IMG/VR virus record: IMGVR_UViG_3300047635_000036
Location: 1 to 60,640 of that record
Direction: 5' to 3' (one strand)
Source of the DNA: a virus
Taxonomy: Duplodnaviria > Caudoviricetes
DNA length: 60,640 nt
Numbering within the stretch: the first letter of the stretch is position 1; every line of letters begins with the position of its first letter. Below, piece by piece: positions 7,767 to 16,946 of this stretch. Below the pieces are notes generated by a model, which had not been told where the DNA came from, did not search any database, and saw only the letters and a program-made list of their open reading frames with translations. A program made the position numbers and the translations under genes.

Positions 7767-8143
7767 CCGGGGACGGGCGCCCCGACGCGCCCCTCGGCGC
7801 GCCGACCGGCGCCTCCGACGCGCCCTTCTTCCGGACCGCCGGCACCCCCGACCCCTTCCTCATCCCGGACGACCGCCGCCACCTGCGGCACGCCTTCTAC
7901 CTGCGGCACCCGGAGATGGACCTGCGCGTCGAGGGCGAGGTGCTGCGGGACCGGGCCGCCTACGAGGCGGCGCGGGCCTCCGGCGCCTACCTGCCCGACG
8001 GGGACCCGGGGCCCGTCCCCGCGCCCTCCCCGGCCGTCGGCCCTCCGGGCGACCTGGCCGCCGCCGTCCGCGAGTTCCTGGGCGGCGGGGCGACCCTCGA
8101 CGAGCTGGCCGGGGCGCTGGGGGAGGCGGAGGGCCGTGGCTGA
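7763..8143 (+). CDS. Hypothetical protein
   Basis: GTGA overlap; ends in AVREFLGGG motif. Confidence 0.6.
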   Translation: MTGDGRPDAPLGAPTGASDAPFFRTAGTPDPFLIPDDRRHLRHAFYLRHPEMDLRVEGEVLRDRAAYEAARASGAYLPDGDPGPVPAPSPAVGPPGDLAAAVREFLGGGATLDELAGALGEAEGRG

Positions 8144-8834
8144 GGGACTGCACGCCCCCGACCGCGACGGCCTGCGCGAGGCGCTGCGCGGTCCCGTGCG
8201 CGACGCGGCGCTCTACCGCTGCGACGGCGGCGAGCCCCTGGTCGACGAGATCCTGGACGCCGTGCTGGGGATGCTGGCCGAGCGCCGCTTCCCGGTGGAG
8301 GTCTCCCCCGACCCGCCGCTGGACGACGCGGACCGCGCCGCCCTGCTCGGCCCCGCCGACGCCCTGGGCGCGCTGCACCCCTCCCCCGACGCGGCGTGCC
8401 GACTCGCCGACCGCGGCCTGCTGGACTGGGACTCCGTCGACGGCGGCTGGAAGCCGACCCGCGAGGGCTGGCGCGTGCGGGCGGCTCTCATAGGGGCGGC
8501 TACCCTCGCCGTTCCGGCGGCGTCCGCGCTCCGGACCTCCTTCTCCGCCGGGGACCCCGAGCCGCTCGAGGCGGGCCTGGTGCTGCGCGACGCGGACGGC
8601 GACCGCTGGGAGCGCCTGGGCGGGACCTGGCACCTGCGGACCCGCGACGGCGACGCGGGCGCCCCGCGGGGCTGGCGGGACGTGGTCCGCTACGGCCCGC
8701 TGGCGCGGGAGCGCGCCGGGGACCCGGCGGCCGCCCTCGACGACCTGCGCTGGGCGGTCCGCGAGTTCCTGGGCGGCGCGGGGTGCCTGGACGGCCTGCG
8801 CACCGCCCTAGACCGGGCCGGGGAGGTCCGGTGA
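8136..8834 (+). CDS. Hypothetical multidomain protein (wHTH-like, DxDGDxW and C-terminal AVREFLGG modules)
   Basis: RBS ggagg; modules shared with neighbours. Confidence 0.7.
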   Translation: MAEGLHAPDRDGLREALRGPVRDAALYRCDGGEPLVDEILDAVLGMLAERRFPVEVSPDPPLDDADRAALLGPADALGALHPSPDAACRLADRGLLDWDSVDGGWKPTREGWRVRAALIGAATLAVPAASALRTSFSAGDPEPLEAGLVLRDADGDRWERLGGTWHLRTRDGDAGAPRGWRDVVRYGPLARERAGDPAAALDDLRWAVREFLGGAGCLDGLRTALDRAGEVR

Positions 8835-9133
8835 GCGCCCGGCGCCCGGACCCGGCCCTGTTCCGGCTCCCGCCCGAGGAGCGGCTCGAGGCCGTGCGGC
8901 CCCTCGTCGGCAGCGCGGTGGACGTGGTGCACTCCCCGCTGCGGGGCGGCCCCGCCGCCGACCTGGTGTACCGGGGCAGGCTGGTCTGCGCCGCCCGGGC
9001 GCCGTTCCACCAGTCCCACCTGCTGGTGCTGACGGTGGACACCCGGGACCGGGGCACCTACGACCTGGCCGTGCCGCTGAGCCAGGTCCGCGAGGTGCGG
9101 CTCGCGACCCGGCGCGCCGCGTCGATTACCTAG
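8831..9133 (+). CDS. Hypothetical protein
   Basis: GTGA overlap, RBS ggagg, high GC3. Confidence 0.65.
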   Translation: MSARRPDPALFRLPPEERLEAVRPLVGSAVDVVHSPLRGGPAADLVYRGRLVCAARAPFHQSHLLVLTVDTRDRGTYDLAVPLSQVREVRLATRRAASIT

Positions 9134-9150
9134 ACCGAGGAGGTAGACCG

Positions 9151-10209
9151 ATGACCGACGTGACCGTCGTCGACGTGCGCGAGCTGGGCCCCGAGGCACT
9201 GGGCGACCCCGACTTCCCGCGCCGGGGGGACGCCCGACCCGACGACGACGTGCGCTTCGTGCGCACCCGCTACCGGCTCTTCAAGCGGTCCCGAGGCGAC
9301 GGCGCCTGGGTCTGCCAGTGCGGCCAGGCCTCCTGCGCGAGGCGCCGCTGGACCTGGGAGGAGCTCTCCGGCGCCTATCACCTCTGGATCGTGCCGGTCG
9401 CGGACGCGCGCCGCGTGGTCCGGGTGCTGAGGGCCGTCGGCGTGCACTTCGGCGCCGCCCCGGACCCCTGCCCGTGCGAGTGCCACGAGGGCTACGGCTA
9501 CGTGCACCCGCACGCGCCCTGCGCGTGCCGGGCGTACCGGACACCGGACGAGGCGGCGCCCGTGGCGTCGGCGACGCCGGCGGTCGTCTCCAACTACTCC
9601 GACCTCTCCGCCGTCCAGCGCGGGGTACTGCTGCTGGGGCCGGTCGACGGGCGGCGCTGGGTGCCGCCCACGACCCGGAACCCGCTGATCCGGCGGGGGC
9701 TGCTCCTCGACGACGAGGAGGGCTCCCGGACCGGCTGCTACCTGCTCAGCGAGGCCGGCCTGCGCGCCCGGCGGGCGGTGGTGCGCGGGGAGGTCCCCGA
9801 CCCTCCGGGCGTCTCGGCGCCCCGCGCGCCGCGTACCTGGGGCGCCGGGGATCCGGAGCCCCGCGAGGACGGTCTGGAGGTCGTGGACCGCGACGGGGAC
9901 GTCTGGCGGCGCCGGGACGGGAGTTGGTGGGCCGTGGAGTGGAATACCGGGCAGTCGGTGCGCGCGGACGCGGACTCCTCGTCCTGGGCGGAGGTGTGGG
10001 AGTTCGCGCCCCTGACCGAGCGCCTGACCCGAGACCCGAAGCGGGCGCGCCCGGCCGGGGCCAACCGGCCCGACTTCCGCGAGGAGCTGGCCGAGCTGCA
10101 CGCCGTCGTCTCGCAGTTCTTCACCGGGCACGCCTCCCTGGGCGACCTGCGGAGGGCCCGCAACGCGGCGGGCCGCGCGCTGGACCGCGTCCCCGGGAGG
10201 TCGCAGTGA
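9151..10209 (+). CDS. Hypothetical multidomain protein (Cys/His clusters, wHTH-like, DxDGDxW modules)
   Basis: RBS gaggagg; CPCECH...HPHAPCAC; VDRDGDVW. Confidence 0.75.
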   Translation: MTDVTVVDVRELGPEALGDPDFPRRGDARPDDDVRFVRTRYRLFKRSRGDGAWVCQCGQASCARRRWTWEELSGAYHLWIVPVADARRVVRVLRAVGVHFGAAPDPCPCECHEGYGYVHPHAPCACRAYRTPDEAAPVASATPAVVSNYSDLSAVQRGVLLLGPVDGRRWVPPTTRNPLIRRGLLLDDEEGSRTGCYLLSEAGLRARRAVVRGEVPDPPGVSAPRAPRTWGAGDPEPREDGLEVVDRDGDVWRRRDGSWWAVEWNTGQSVRADADSSSWAEVWEFAPLTERLTRDPKRARPAGANRPDFREELAELHAVVSQFFTGHASLGDLRRARNAAGRALDRVPGRSQ

Positions 10210-10309
10210 GCGCGGTCCAGAAGTCACTCGTCGCCCGGTACCTGGCCGACGCGCGGAGTCGATCGTGACGGACGAGACGAGAGACCGAACGAGCGAAGGA
10301 GGAACAGAC

Positions 10310-10804
10310 GTGACCGACGAGTACCGCGTCCACCCCGGCCGCATCGAGGACGAGGCCGACCTCGAGGTGGTCCGGGCCGCCACTGCGGCCGTGGACCGCG
10401 AGCACCCGCCCCCTCCGGGGATGGCCTGGAGCCTGGCCTGGGACCGCGACGGGAACCGCGACCCGCAGCACGACCAGGCGGTGTTCTCCCCGCAGGCGCC
10501 GCTCGAGCCCGCCGACGGGGCCGACTTCGAGCCCTTCCCGCTGGTCGACGACCCGGCCTCGTTCCGGGACCTGGCCGAGCTGCTCGAGGCCTACCGCGCC
10601 CTGCTGGGCAGCGGCCTGCGCCACGCGGTGCGGGTCCCGGCGGCGGTCGCCGTCCTGGTCCTGCCCGACGGCGTCCGGCCCGACGACCTCGCCTCCTGGT
10701 ACGGCCTGGCGCTGACGCGGATCGGGCACAGTCTCCCTGGACCGCACGAGTTCACCGGCTCCCCGTCGGCGGTCGCGGCCCTGCTGCGGGCGGTGGCCCC
10801 GTGA
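10310..10804 (+). CDS. Hypothetical protein
   Basis: RBS aaggagg before GTG. Confidence 0.7.
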   Translation: MTDEYRVHPGRIEDEADLEVVRAATAAVDREHPPPPGMAWSLAWDRDGNRDPQHDQAVFSPQAPLEPADGADFEPFPLVDDPASFRDLAELLEAYRALLGSGLRHAVRVPAAVAVLVLPDGVRPDDLASWYGLALTRIGHSLPGPHEFTGSPSAVAALLRAVAP

Positions 10805-11370
10805 GCGCGGCTGAGCCGCGCTACGCGGTCGAGGTGGACGTGCTGGCGCACCGCCGGCTGAGCGAGGTGGACGTGCGGTCCCTCGCCCAGCGCGCCGGGG
10901 TGGACGCCTACCGGATCCCGCCCCCGGATCCGAGGCGCTCGCGCTACCGCCTGGTGGGCTCGCTGGCCGCCCTGCGCGCCGCCCTGCTGCGCTGGTCCTC
11001 GAGCGACCACGAGACCGACCACGCCTGGGCGCTGGAGAAGCTGGTCGGGGCCGTACTGGTGTCCCTTCCCGACGACGCGGCGTCCGCCCGGGTCCAGCGC
11101 GGCGGCATGACCGCCCACGTCCTGAGCGGCGCGCTGACCGGGCTCCCGGGCGGCCTGCTGGAGGGCGTCTCCGAGGTCCCGCTCTGGGTACGCTACGCGG
11201 GGCAGGTGCACGAGGTGCGCCGCGTCGTGCAGGAGAGCGTCGGGGCGGAGGAGTCGCCGCCCGGCGCGCCGGTGCCGTACTCGGCCCGCCAGCGGGTCGT
11301 GGTGCTGGACCTCGACCCCCCGCACGCGCTGTCGGAGGTGGCGCTCGCCGTCGGGGAGGCGACCCCGTGA
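10801..11370 (+). CDS. Hypothetical protein
   Basis: GTGA overlap, high GC3. Confidence 0.65.
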   Translation: MSAAEPRYAVEVDVLAHRRLSEVDVRSLAQRAGVDAYRIPPPDPRRSRYRLVGSLAALRAALLRWSSSDHETDHAWALEKLVGAVLVSLPDDAASARVQRGGMTAHVLSGALTGLPGGLLEGVSEVPLWVRYAGQVHEVRRVVQESVGAEESPPGAPVPYSARQRVVVLDLDPPHALSEVALAVGEATP

Positions 11371-12194
11371 CGGCGCGGCGCGACGACCCCTCGGCGCCCT
11401 TTGACCGGCCGCCGGACTTCCCGCTCGGGTCCGCGGCCTCCAGCCCGGACCTCGCGGTGACCGTCGTCCGCACCCGGAACCGGCGCTGGACGCGCGACTC
11501 GGTCCGGCCGTACTTCTGGCACCCGGTCAACGCCGGGAAGCCCAGGCTCGAGCTCGAGCGATCCTGGAACGAGCTCGTCCGCCTGCACGACGTGTGGCTG
11601 GACGAGCCCGATCCCGCGACCGCTGGGCCGGAGGCGGCCGGCGCGCCGCTCCCCCCGCCCCCGTCCTGGATCCTCACCGCCGACACGCTCACGGCCACCT
11701 GGAAGCGCGGCCCGGGGAACACGTGGCTCCGGCTGGACGCCGCCGGCCAGGAGACCGTCTACGCGCTCACCTGGGAGCAGCTCCGGCGGATGCCGGGCGG
11801 CGTGCGCGCCCCCTCCGCGACCCCGACCGGCCGCGTGCGCGTCGAGCATCCGCCTGCCACGCAGTCAGCCCGGTACCGGCGCTGGGAGGACGTGAAGGCG
11901 GCGCGCGGGGCGCGCGAGGGCCTGTTCGACGACGTGCTCGAGCCGCTGGACGCCTACGGCGTGCTGCGCGGCCTCGTGGTCGCCGGAGACGCGCTCGCGG
12001 CGGCGCTGGACGAGTCGTTCCACGACCGCGACCTCCGCCGCCCCGAGCAGTCGCCGGTGCGCGCCCGGGTGCCGGGCATCGGCGAACCGGACCGCTACTA
12101 CCGGGTGGTCGACGTCAACCCGACGCGCCGGGACGGGCGCCTGACCGTGGAGCTGCTGCTGATGCCCGAACCGATCGAGGAAGGAGCCGAGTGA
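11367..12194 (+). CDS. Hypothetical Trp-rich protein
   Basis: GTGA overlap, RBS ggagg. Confidence 0.65.
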   Translation: MTARRDDPSAPFDRPPDFPLGSAASSPDLAVTVVRTRNRRWTRDSVRPYFWHPVNAGKPRLELERSWNELVRLHDVWLDEPDPATAGPEAAGAPLPPPPSWILTADTLTATWKRGPGNTWLRLDAAGQETVYALTWEQLRRMPGGVRAPSATPTGRVRVEHPPATQSARYRRWEDVKAARGAREGLFDDVLEPLDAYGVLRGLVVAGDALAAALDESFHDRDLRRPEQSPVRARVPGIGEPDRYYRVVDVNPTRRDGRLTVELLLMPEPIEEGAE

Positions 12195-12556
12195 TGAGCG
12201 AGAACGACGGAGAGGTCAGCGCGGTGGTGACCGTCGAACTGCTGGAGGCGCTGGGCGCGTGCGAGGACTACCGCGACCTGTTCCGGGAGAGGCTGGGGAC
12301 GGAGGCGATCACGGTCACCCCGGAGCTCTGCGAGCGATACCACGACGACTTCCTGTGGTCCTGGGCGGTCGACAAGCTGCTGCTTCCTGCGGGACGCAGC
12401 GCCTACTGCCCGGCCTTTGACGACAGCGACGCGCCGTGCGCTTGCTCTCGGGACTCCCGCAGAAGCGCTCGCCGCTTCGGCGAGGTGGCCGTCCGATACG
12501 GGATCGTCACCCTAGAGGAGGTGCTCGCCGGTCGGAGCCAGGAGTGGTCGACGTGA
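12194..12556 (+). CDS. Hypothetical protein (LGAC...F motif)
   Basis: TGATG overlap, RBS aaggag. Confidence 0.7.
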   Translation: MSENDGEVSAVVTVELLEALGACEDYRDLFRERLGTEAITVTPELCERYHDDFLWSWAVDKLLLPAGRSAYCPAFDDSDAPCACSRDSRRSARRFGEVAVRYGIVTLEEVLAGRSQEWST

Positions 12557-12873
12557 GCGACCAGCCGCCGGGCATGGCGGAGATGCTCTGGGCCGCCCGC
12601 CGGATCTGGGGCCGCGAGCCCATGGGGCTGCGCGAGGTCGCGGAGTGCGTCGCGGTGGTCTCCGGGGACCTGAGCCGGCAGGGCCGCGCCCTCGGCGAGG
12701 GCCGGGCGCCGGACATGGCCCAGGTCGCCAAAGAGCTGGGGAACCTGATGTTTTCCGCGCGCCGCTGGATGGACGACCTCGGGCTGGACGTCGCGGACTG
12801 CCTCGAGCGCGCGATGGCGTCGCAGGAGGAGTACGCGGCGACGCTGCGCGGAGCCTGGGGGAGGCCGACGTGA
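12553..12873 (+). CDS. MazG-like nucleotide pyrophosphohydrolase family protein, degenerate
   Basis: All-helical, VAKELGNLMF...DDLGLDVADCL resembles the ELGD/xLGxD pattern of MazG-like proteins. Confidence 0.5.
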   Translation: MSDQPPGMAEMLWAARRIWGREPMGLREVAECVAVVSGDLSRQGRALGEGRAPDMAQVAKELGNLMFSARRWMDDLGLDVADCLERAMASQEEYAATLRGAWGRPT

Positions 12874-13034
12874 GCGACCGGATCTCGTTCCAGTCCGTCG
12901 AGGAGGGGTCCCGCGACGGGCAGTGGGTGCTGGAGCTGCCGCATAGCGTCAGGGTCGCGGTCGAGACCTGGGACCTCGACGCGGACGTCCAGGCCTACCG
13001 GGTGGCCGAGCGGATCCTGGAGGTGCTCGGGTGA
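12870..13034 (+). CDS. Small hypothetical protein
   Basis: GTGA overlaps at both ends, RBS ggagg. Confidence 0.55.
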   Translation: MSDRISFQSVEEGSRDGQWVLELPHSVRVAVETWDLDADVQAYRVAERILEVLG

Positions 13035-13255
13035 GCCCCCGGGCGCGCAGCGGCCGCGAGTACGGGCGTCACTGGCTGGTCTGGGAGCGGCACTGCCGGC
13101 ACCCGTGCCTCTACCGGGGGCTCAACGTGATGCACGCGATGCCGGACGGCGCCCCGGTCCTCAAGGGAGAGTCGTCCTGGCGCACGATCTGCGGGCTGAT
13201 GGTCAGCGTCGGCCAGTGGCACGTCATGGTGCAGTTCAGGAGGTTCTACCAGTGA
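13031..13255 (+). CDS. Small hypothetical protein
   Basis: GTGA overlaps at both ends, RBS ggagg. Confidence 0.55.
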   Translation: MSPRARSGREYGRHWLVWERHCRHPCLYRGLNVMHAMPDGAPVLKGESSWRTICGLMVSVGQWHVMVQFRRFYQ

Positions 13256-13959
13256 GCGAGTCCGACGAGGCGGCCGAGACGATCGAGCGCAAGCGCGTCG
13301 AGATGTTCGGGGACGACCCGGCGGCTGGCCTCTGGAAGGGACACGAGGACGACCGAGGTGCCCTGCTGGGCGCCGGTCAGGGGACGTACCCCCGGGCCGT
13401 GCTGCTGTCCCGGGCCGAGACCTGGTACGCCCAGACGTTCCTGGACCCGGCGCCCGACCTCGAGCGGGTGGCGCGGGAGTATGCCGGCGTGCCGGTGCCC
13501 GGCGTGGTGGTCGGCATGGCGCCCGGCCCGCGCACCTCGGCGTCGATGCCGATGTTCCCGCACCCGCCCGGCTCGGCCGGCGGCCGGCTGCTGGCGATGT
13601 CCGGCATGCCGGTCGAGGCCTACCTGGGCAGGCTGGTGCGCGCGAACCTGTGCTCGGGCAAGTTCCGGATGGTCGAGGCCCGGGGCTCCGCCCGCGCGCT
13701 CTACTGGCGGTGGCGCACGGTCGGCGAGCCCGCGGTCCGGCTGGTGCTGTGCGGGCGGCGCGTCGCCGACGCGTTCGCCCACGTTCTCGAGGCGCCCGAC
13801 GCGCCCTGGTTCCGGCGGCGCGCGTGGGCGGGCATCGAATACGCGGCGATCCCGCACCCCAGCGGGCGCTGCCGCGAGTACAACGACCCGTCGTACGTGG
13901 CGCGGGCGCGGGAGGTCGTCCGCTGGGCGGCCCGGTACGAGGAAGAGGAGGAACGGTGA
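13252..13959 (+). CDS. Uracil-DNA glycosylase superfamily protein
   Basis: VVGMAPG (motif A, cf. GEAPG), SAGGRL, RANL, VLCGRRVA, IPHPSGR (motif B) in UDG order. Confidence 0.7.
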   Translation: MSESDEAAETIERKRVEMFGDDPAAGLWKGHEDDRGALLGAGQGTYPRAVLLSRAETWYAQTFLDPAPDLERVAREYAGVPVPGVVVGMAPGPRTSASMPMFPHPPGSAGGRLLAMSGMPVEAYLGRLVRANLCSGKFRMVEARGSARALYWRWRTVGEPAVRLVLCGRRVADAFAHVLEAPDAPWFRRRAWAGIEYAAIPHPSGRCREYNDPSYVARAREVVRWAARYEEEEER

Positions 13960-14525
13960 ACGAGGAGCAGGCGGGGCGCCTCCGGGCGGCCCTGGAATAC
14001 GTGACGGAGCACCCGCGCGAGTGGGTGCAGGAGTACTACGCGGTGCGCACCCCGTGCGGCACGATGGCGTGCCTGGCGGGCTGGATCGCGCTGCAGGCGG
14101 GGTGCGAGCTGTCCGGGTGGATCCCGATGCACTACTACGACCGGGGCACCGACACCTACGTCCCGATGCCGGAGACGGAGAAGTCGATGGCGGTCATGTT
14201 CGGCCGCCTGGACGACTATCGCGACGGCGACGACCTCTTCGATCGCGACGGTGACGGCTCCTTCAAGAGCGGCATCGCTACGGTCGCCGCCCACCTGATC
14301 GGGCTGGGCTGGCTCGAGGCCGAGGCGCTCTTCGCGGCCTCCAACTCGCTGCGCCACCTCTGGGAACACGCGGCCCGGTTCAGCGGCGGCCTGATCGAGG
14401 TGCCGGCCGACCTGCCGGAGTGGGCGGACCTGACCGTGAGCGACGTGGACCGTCCCGCCGAGCCCGCGACGTTCGTCGCGCACGTGGCCGCCTACCTCGA
14501 CCAGGTGGAGCGGGGGACCCGGTGA
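13956..14525 (+). CDS. CGTxACLAG family protein, paralogue 1
   Basis: HPREWVQ..Y...CGTMACLAGW...LF..SNSLRHLW. Confidence 0.8.
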   Translation: MNEEQAGRLRAALEYVTEHPREWVQEYYAVRTPCGTMACLAGWIALQAGCELSGWIPMHYYDRGTDTYVPMPETEKSMAVMFGRLDDYRDGDDLFDRDGDGSFKSGIATVAAHLIGLGWLEAEALFAASNSLRHLWEHAARFSGGLIEVPADLPEWADLTVSDVDRPAEPATFVAHVAAYLDQVERGTR

Positions 14526-14920
14526 GCTGGCTGACCCCCCTCGCCCTGACGTTGGGAGTGGCCTACGTGGGGGCGGACGTGCTGGTGTGCGCGGTCGTCC
14601 TCGCGATCGGGCGAGACGTCCATACGAGCGTGCCCGTCAGCCGCTGGGCGGCCAGGGTCGTCGCCGCCCTGGTCGCGTCGCTGGCGGCCCTGCTGCTCGC
14701 GGCCACCGTCGAGACGGCGGTCCGCGTCCCGGCGCTGGCCGTGTTCCCGATGCTCGGCGCGCTCTGGGTGCTCGCCGACCTGCCCCCGATGCTCAAGATC
14801 GGCTTCGGGAAGGGCCGCGCGGACCGGCTGCGCACCGTCTCGACGCTCTTGACGCTCGGCGGCCTCGCGCTCCTGATCGGGCTGATGTTCGCGGTGGTCG
14901 AGAGGCAGGTGTCCCGGTGA
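14522..14920 (+). CDS. Membrane protein with about four TM segments
   Basis: Four hydrophobic stretches; GTGA overlaps. Confidence 0.7.
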   Translation: MSWLTPLALTLGVAYVGADVLVCAVVLAIGRDVHTSVPVSRWAARVVAALVASLAALLLAATVETAVRVPALAVFPMLGALWVLADLPPMLKIGFGKGRADRLRTVSTLLTLGGLALLIGLMFAVVERQVSR

Positions 14921-15477
14921 CCGACCGGCTCACTCCCCTCACCTACCCGGAGCACGCCTCGCACTACGAGCGACTCAACGTCGCCCTGCTGGTCGGCGCC
15001 CTGCGGCACGTCACCGCGCGGCCCGACCTCTGGACCCAGACCTCCTACCTGCTGGATACGCGGGCGCACGGCTACCGGGAGGGACCCGCCGCCTGCCTGA
15101 GCGGCCGGATCGTCCTGATGGCCGGCGCCCGGCCGTACTGGCCGCCTGAGTCGCGCGTCACCGCGCGGGCGATCTACGCGCTCGCTGACGAGGAGCACAC
15201 GTGGTCGATACCCACGCTGGCGTCGCGACTGCTGGGCGTCCCCACCGGCTTCGGCGACCAGCTCTTCGCGGCCGAGCGCACGCTGCGCGAGCTGTGGGAG
15301 CTCTCCGCCCAGTGGGCCGGCGACCACGGGTCCGACCGGATCCGGGTGCCCGAGAGGATGCCCTCCTGGGCCGACCTGCGGCAGCCGTCCGAGCGCGTCG
15401 GAGACCGCTGGTGGTCCCCCGCCGCGCGGTGGTTGGCGGTCAACGACGAGAGGGTGCGGAAACATGACAGAGACTGA
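14917..15477 (+). CDS. CGTxACLAG family protein, paralogue 2 (first Cys lost)
   Basis: RPDLWTQ..Y...EGPAACLSGR...LF..ERTLRELW. Confidence 0.75.
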   Translation: MTDRLTPLTYPEHASHYERLNVALLVGALRHVTARPDLWTQTSYLLDTRAHGYREGPAACLSGRIVLMAGARPYWPPESRVTARAIYALADEEHTWSIPTLASRLLGVPTGFGDQLFAAERTLRELWELSAQWAGDHGSDRIRVPERMPSWADLRQPSERVGDRWWSPAARWLAVNDERVRKHDRD

Positions 15478-15937
15478 GTCGGTCGTCCCGACCGAGGAGC
15501 AGCTCGACCGCCTGGAGGGCGCGCTGCGCCACATCCAGGCGCACCCGGGAGAGTGGGACCAGAGCGACTGGCTGACCGTGACCGAGTGCGGGACGGCCGC
15601 ATGCCTGGCCGGTCACGTCGTGCTGCGCGAGGGGTACCGCGTCAAGGTCGCCCCCTGGTACTTCGACGCCAGCGGCCAGTACCTGACCGTGCCCCAGGTG
15701 CTGGTCGAGGGCGAGTGGAGGACGGCCAACGTCACCTCGGAGATCGCCCAGGAGTTGCTGGGCCTGGACGACTACCGGGCCGGGCTGCTGTTCGCGTCGA
15801 GCAACACGCTGCCCGTCCTGTGGCTGGCGTTCGAGGTGATCAGCGGCGGCGCGCGGCGCGCGCCGGAGGGCGCGGTCACCGAGAGGCAGCGCTCGGACTT
15901 CGCGAGGCACCTCGAGTTCTACCGGGCCGACTCGTGA
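15464..15937 (+). CDS. CGTxACLAG family protein, paralogue 3
   Basis: HPGEWDQ..W...CGTAACLAGH...LF..SNTLPVLW. Confidence 0.8.
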   Translation: MTETESVVPTEEQLDRLEGALRHIQAHPGEWDQSDWLTVTECGTAACLAGHVVLREGYRVKVAPWYFDASGQYLTVPQVLVEGEWRTANVTSEIAQELLGLDDYRAGLLFASSNTLPVLWLAFEVISGGARRAPEGAVTERQRSDFARHLEFYRADS

Positions 15938-16128
15938 GCGCCCCGGTGACGGGGGAGGGCTGGACGCCGGTCGCCTCGGGGGCGACGACGTTCGCTCACC
16001 GCGGTCCGGACGGCTCGGTCTGGGTCTCGGACGGGTCGGCGGTGGTCCGGGTCCCCCGGGACCTACTCGTGCCGCTGGCGAAGGCGCTGATCGCGGAGCG
16101 CGTCTCGGTGGCGCGGAAGGGCGCTTGA
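15934..16128 (+). CDS. Small hypothetical protein
   Basis: GTGA overlap, high GC3. Confidence 0.5.
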   Translation: MSAPVTGEGWTPVASGATTFAHRGPDGSVWVSDGSAVVRVPRDLLVPLAKALIAERVSVARKGA

Positions 16129-16154
16129 CGCGGTAGATTAGCTCAGCGTACGAT
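16125..16154 (+). promoter_or_regulatory. Promoter TTGACG-N18-TACGAT
   Basis: Near-consensus hexamers, 18-nt spacer, purine-rich leader before 16192. Confidence 0.75.
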
Positions 16155-16191
16155 CGTGGAGACCGGACGAGAACGAGGAAGGGAGACCGAG

Positions 16192-16575
16192 GTGGCGAAT
16201 GCCGAGCGGCTGCTGGACGTACTGACGTTCCTGGCGGCGCACCCCGAGAGGCACGACCAGAACTTCTGGCTGAAGAAGCGGGACTGCGGCACGGTGGCGT
16301 GCCTGGCCGGGTGGGCCGTCCTGCGAAACGGGTACGTGGAACACTACGCGCCGGAAATCCCGGATTTCTTCCGTGGCGTGTATCGCTCCGACGACCCCCA
16401 TCAGGAGCTTCGCCACGTCTCCTACGTCGCCGAGGAGGTCCTCGGTCTCACACCCGACGAGGGTGCCCGGCTGTTCGACGAACAGAACACCCTCACGGAC
16501 CTCTGGCGCCTCGCCGACGAGTTCACCGACGGCGAGGTCAGCCGCCTGCTGGACGCGGGCTCGGTGACGGCGTGA
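16192..16575 (+). CDS. CGTxACLAG family protein, paralogue 4
   Basis: HPERHDQ..W...CGTVACLAGW...LF..QNTLTDLW. Confidence 0.8.
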   Translation: MANAERLLDVLTFLAAHPERHDQNFWLKKRDCGTVACLAGWAVLRNGYVEHYAPEIPDFFRGVYRSDDPHQELRHVSYVAEEVLGLTPDEGARLFDEQNTLTDLWRLADEFTDGEVSRLLDAGSVTA

Positions 16576-16946
16576 ACCTCGAGCGCCTCGAGCAGGTGAT
16601 GCGGTTCGTCACCGACAACCCCGACCTGCACGACCAGGGTATGTGGATCACGACCGACACCCCGTGCGGGACGACCGCCTGCCTCGCGGGTTGGACGTGC
16701 CTGCTCAACGGGTACGAGCCCGCGAAGAGTGCCTGGGTCCACGACAGGGCGGACGGCGGCCGCGAGCTCTGCGCGGTCCAGCGGGTCGGGAGCACCGACG
16801 GCGAGGAACTCGGCGTGTTCGAGACGGCGTGCCGGGTCCTCGACCTGGACCCCGGCGTCGCGGGCTGGCTGTTCGACGCCTCGCAGACCCTGGACTCGCT
16901 CTGGGCGCACGTGGAGTACTGGACCGACGGCCGGGTGAGTCGGTGA
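16572..16946 (+). CDS. CGTxACLAG family protein, paralogue 5
   Basis: NPDLHDQ..W...CGTTACLAGW...LF..SQTLDSLW. Confidence 0.8.
   Translation: MNLERLEQVMRFVTDNPDLHDQGMWITTDTPCGTTACLAGWTCLLNGYEPAKSAWVHDRADGGRELCAVQRVGSTDGEELGVFETACRVLDLDPGVAGWLFDASQTLDSLWAHVEYWTDGRVSR

Noticed and set aside
13956-16946. Diversity-generating retroelement behind the paralogues
   Set aside because: No reverse transcriptase and no near-identical TR/VR pair differing at adenines; paralogues are deeply diverged
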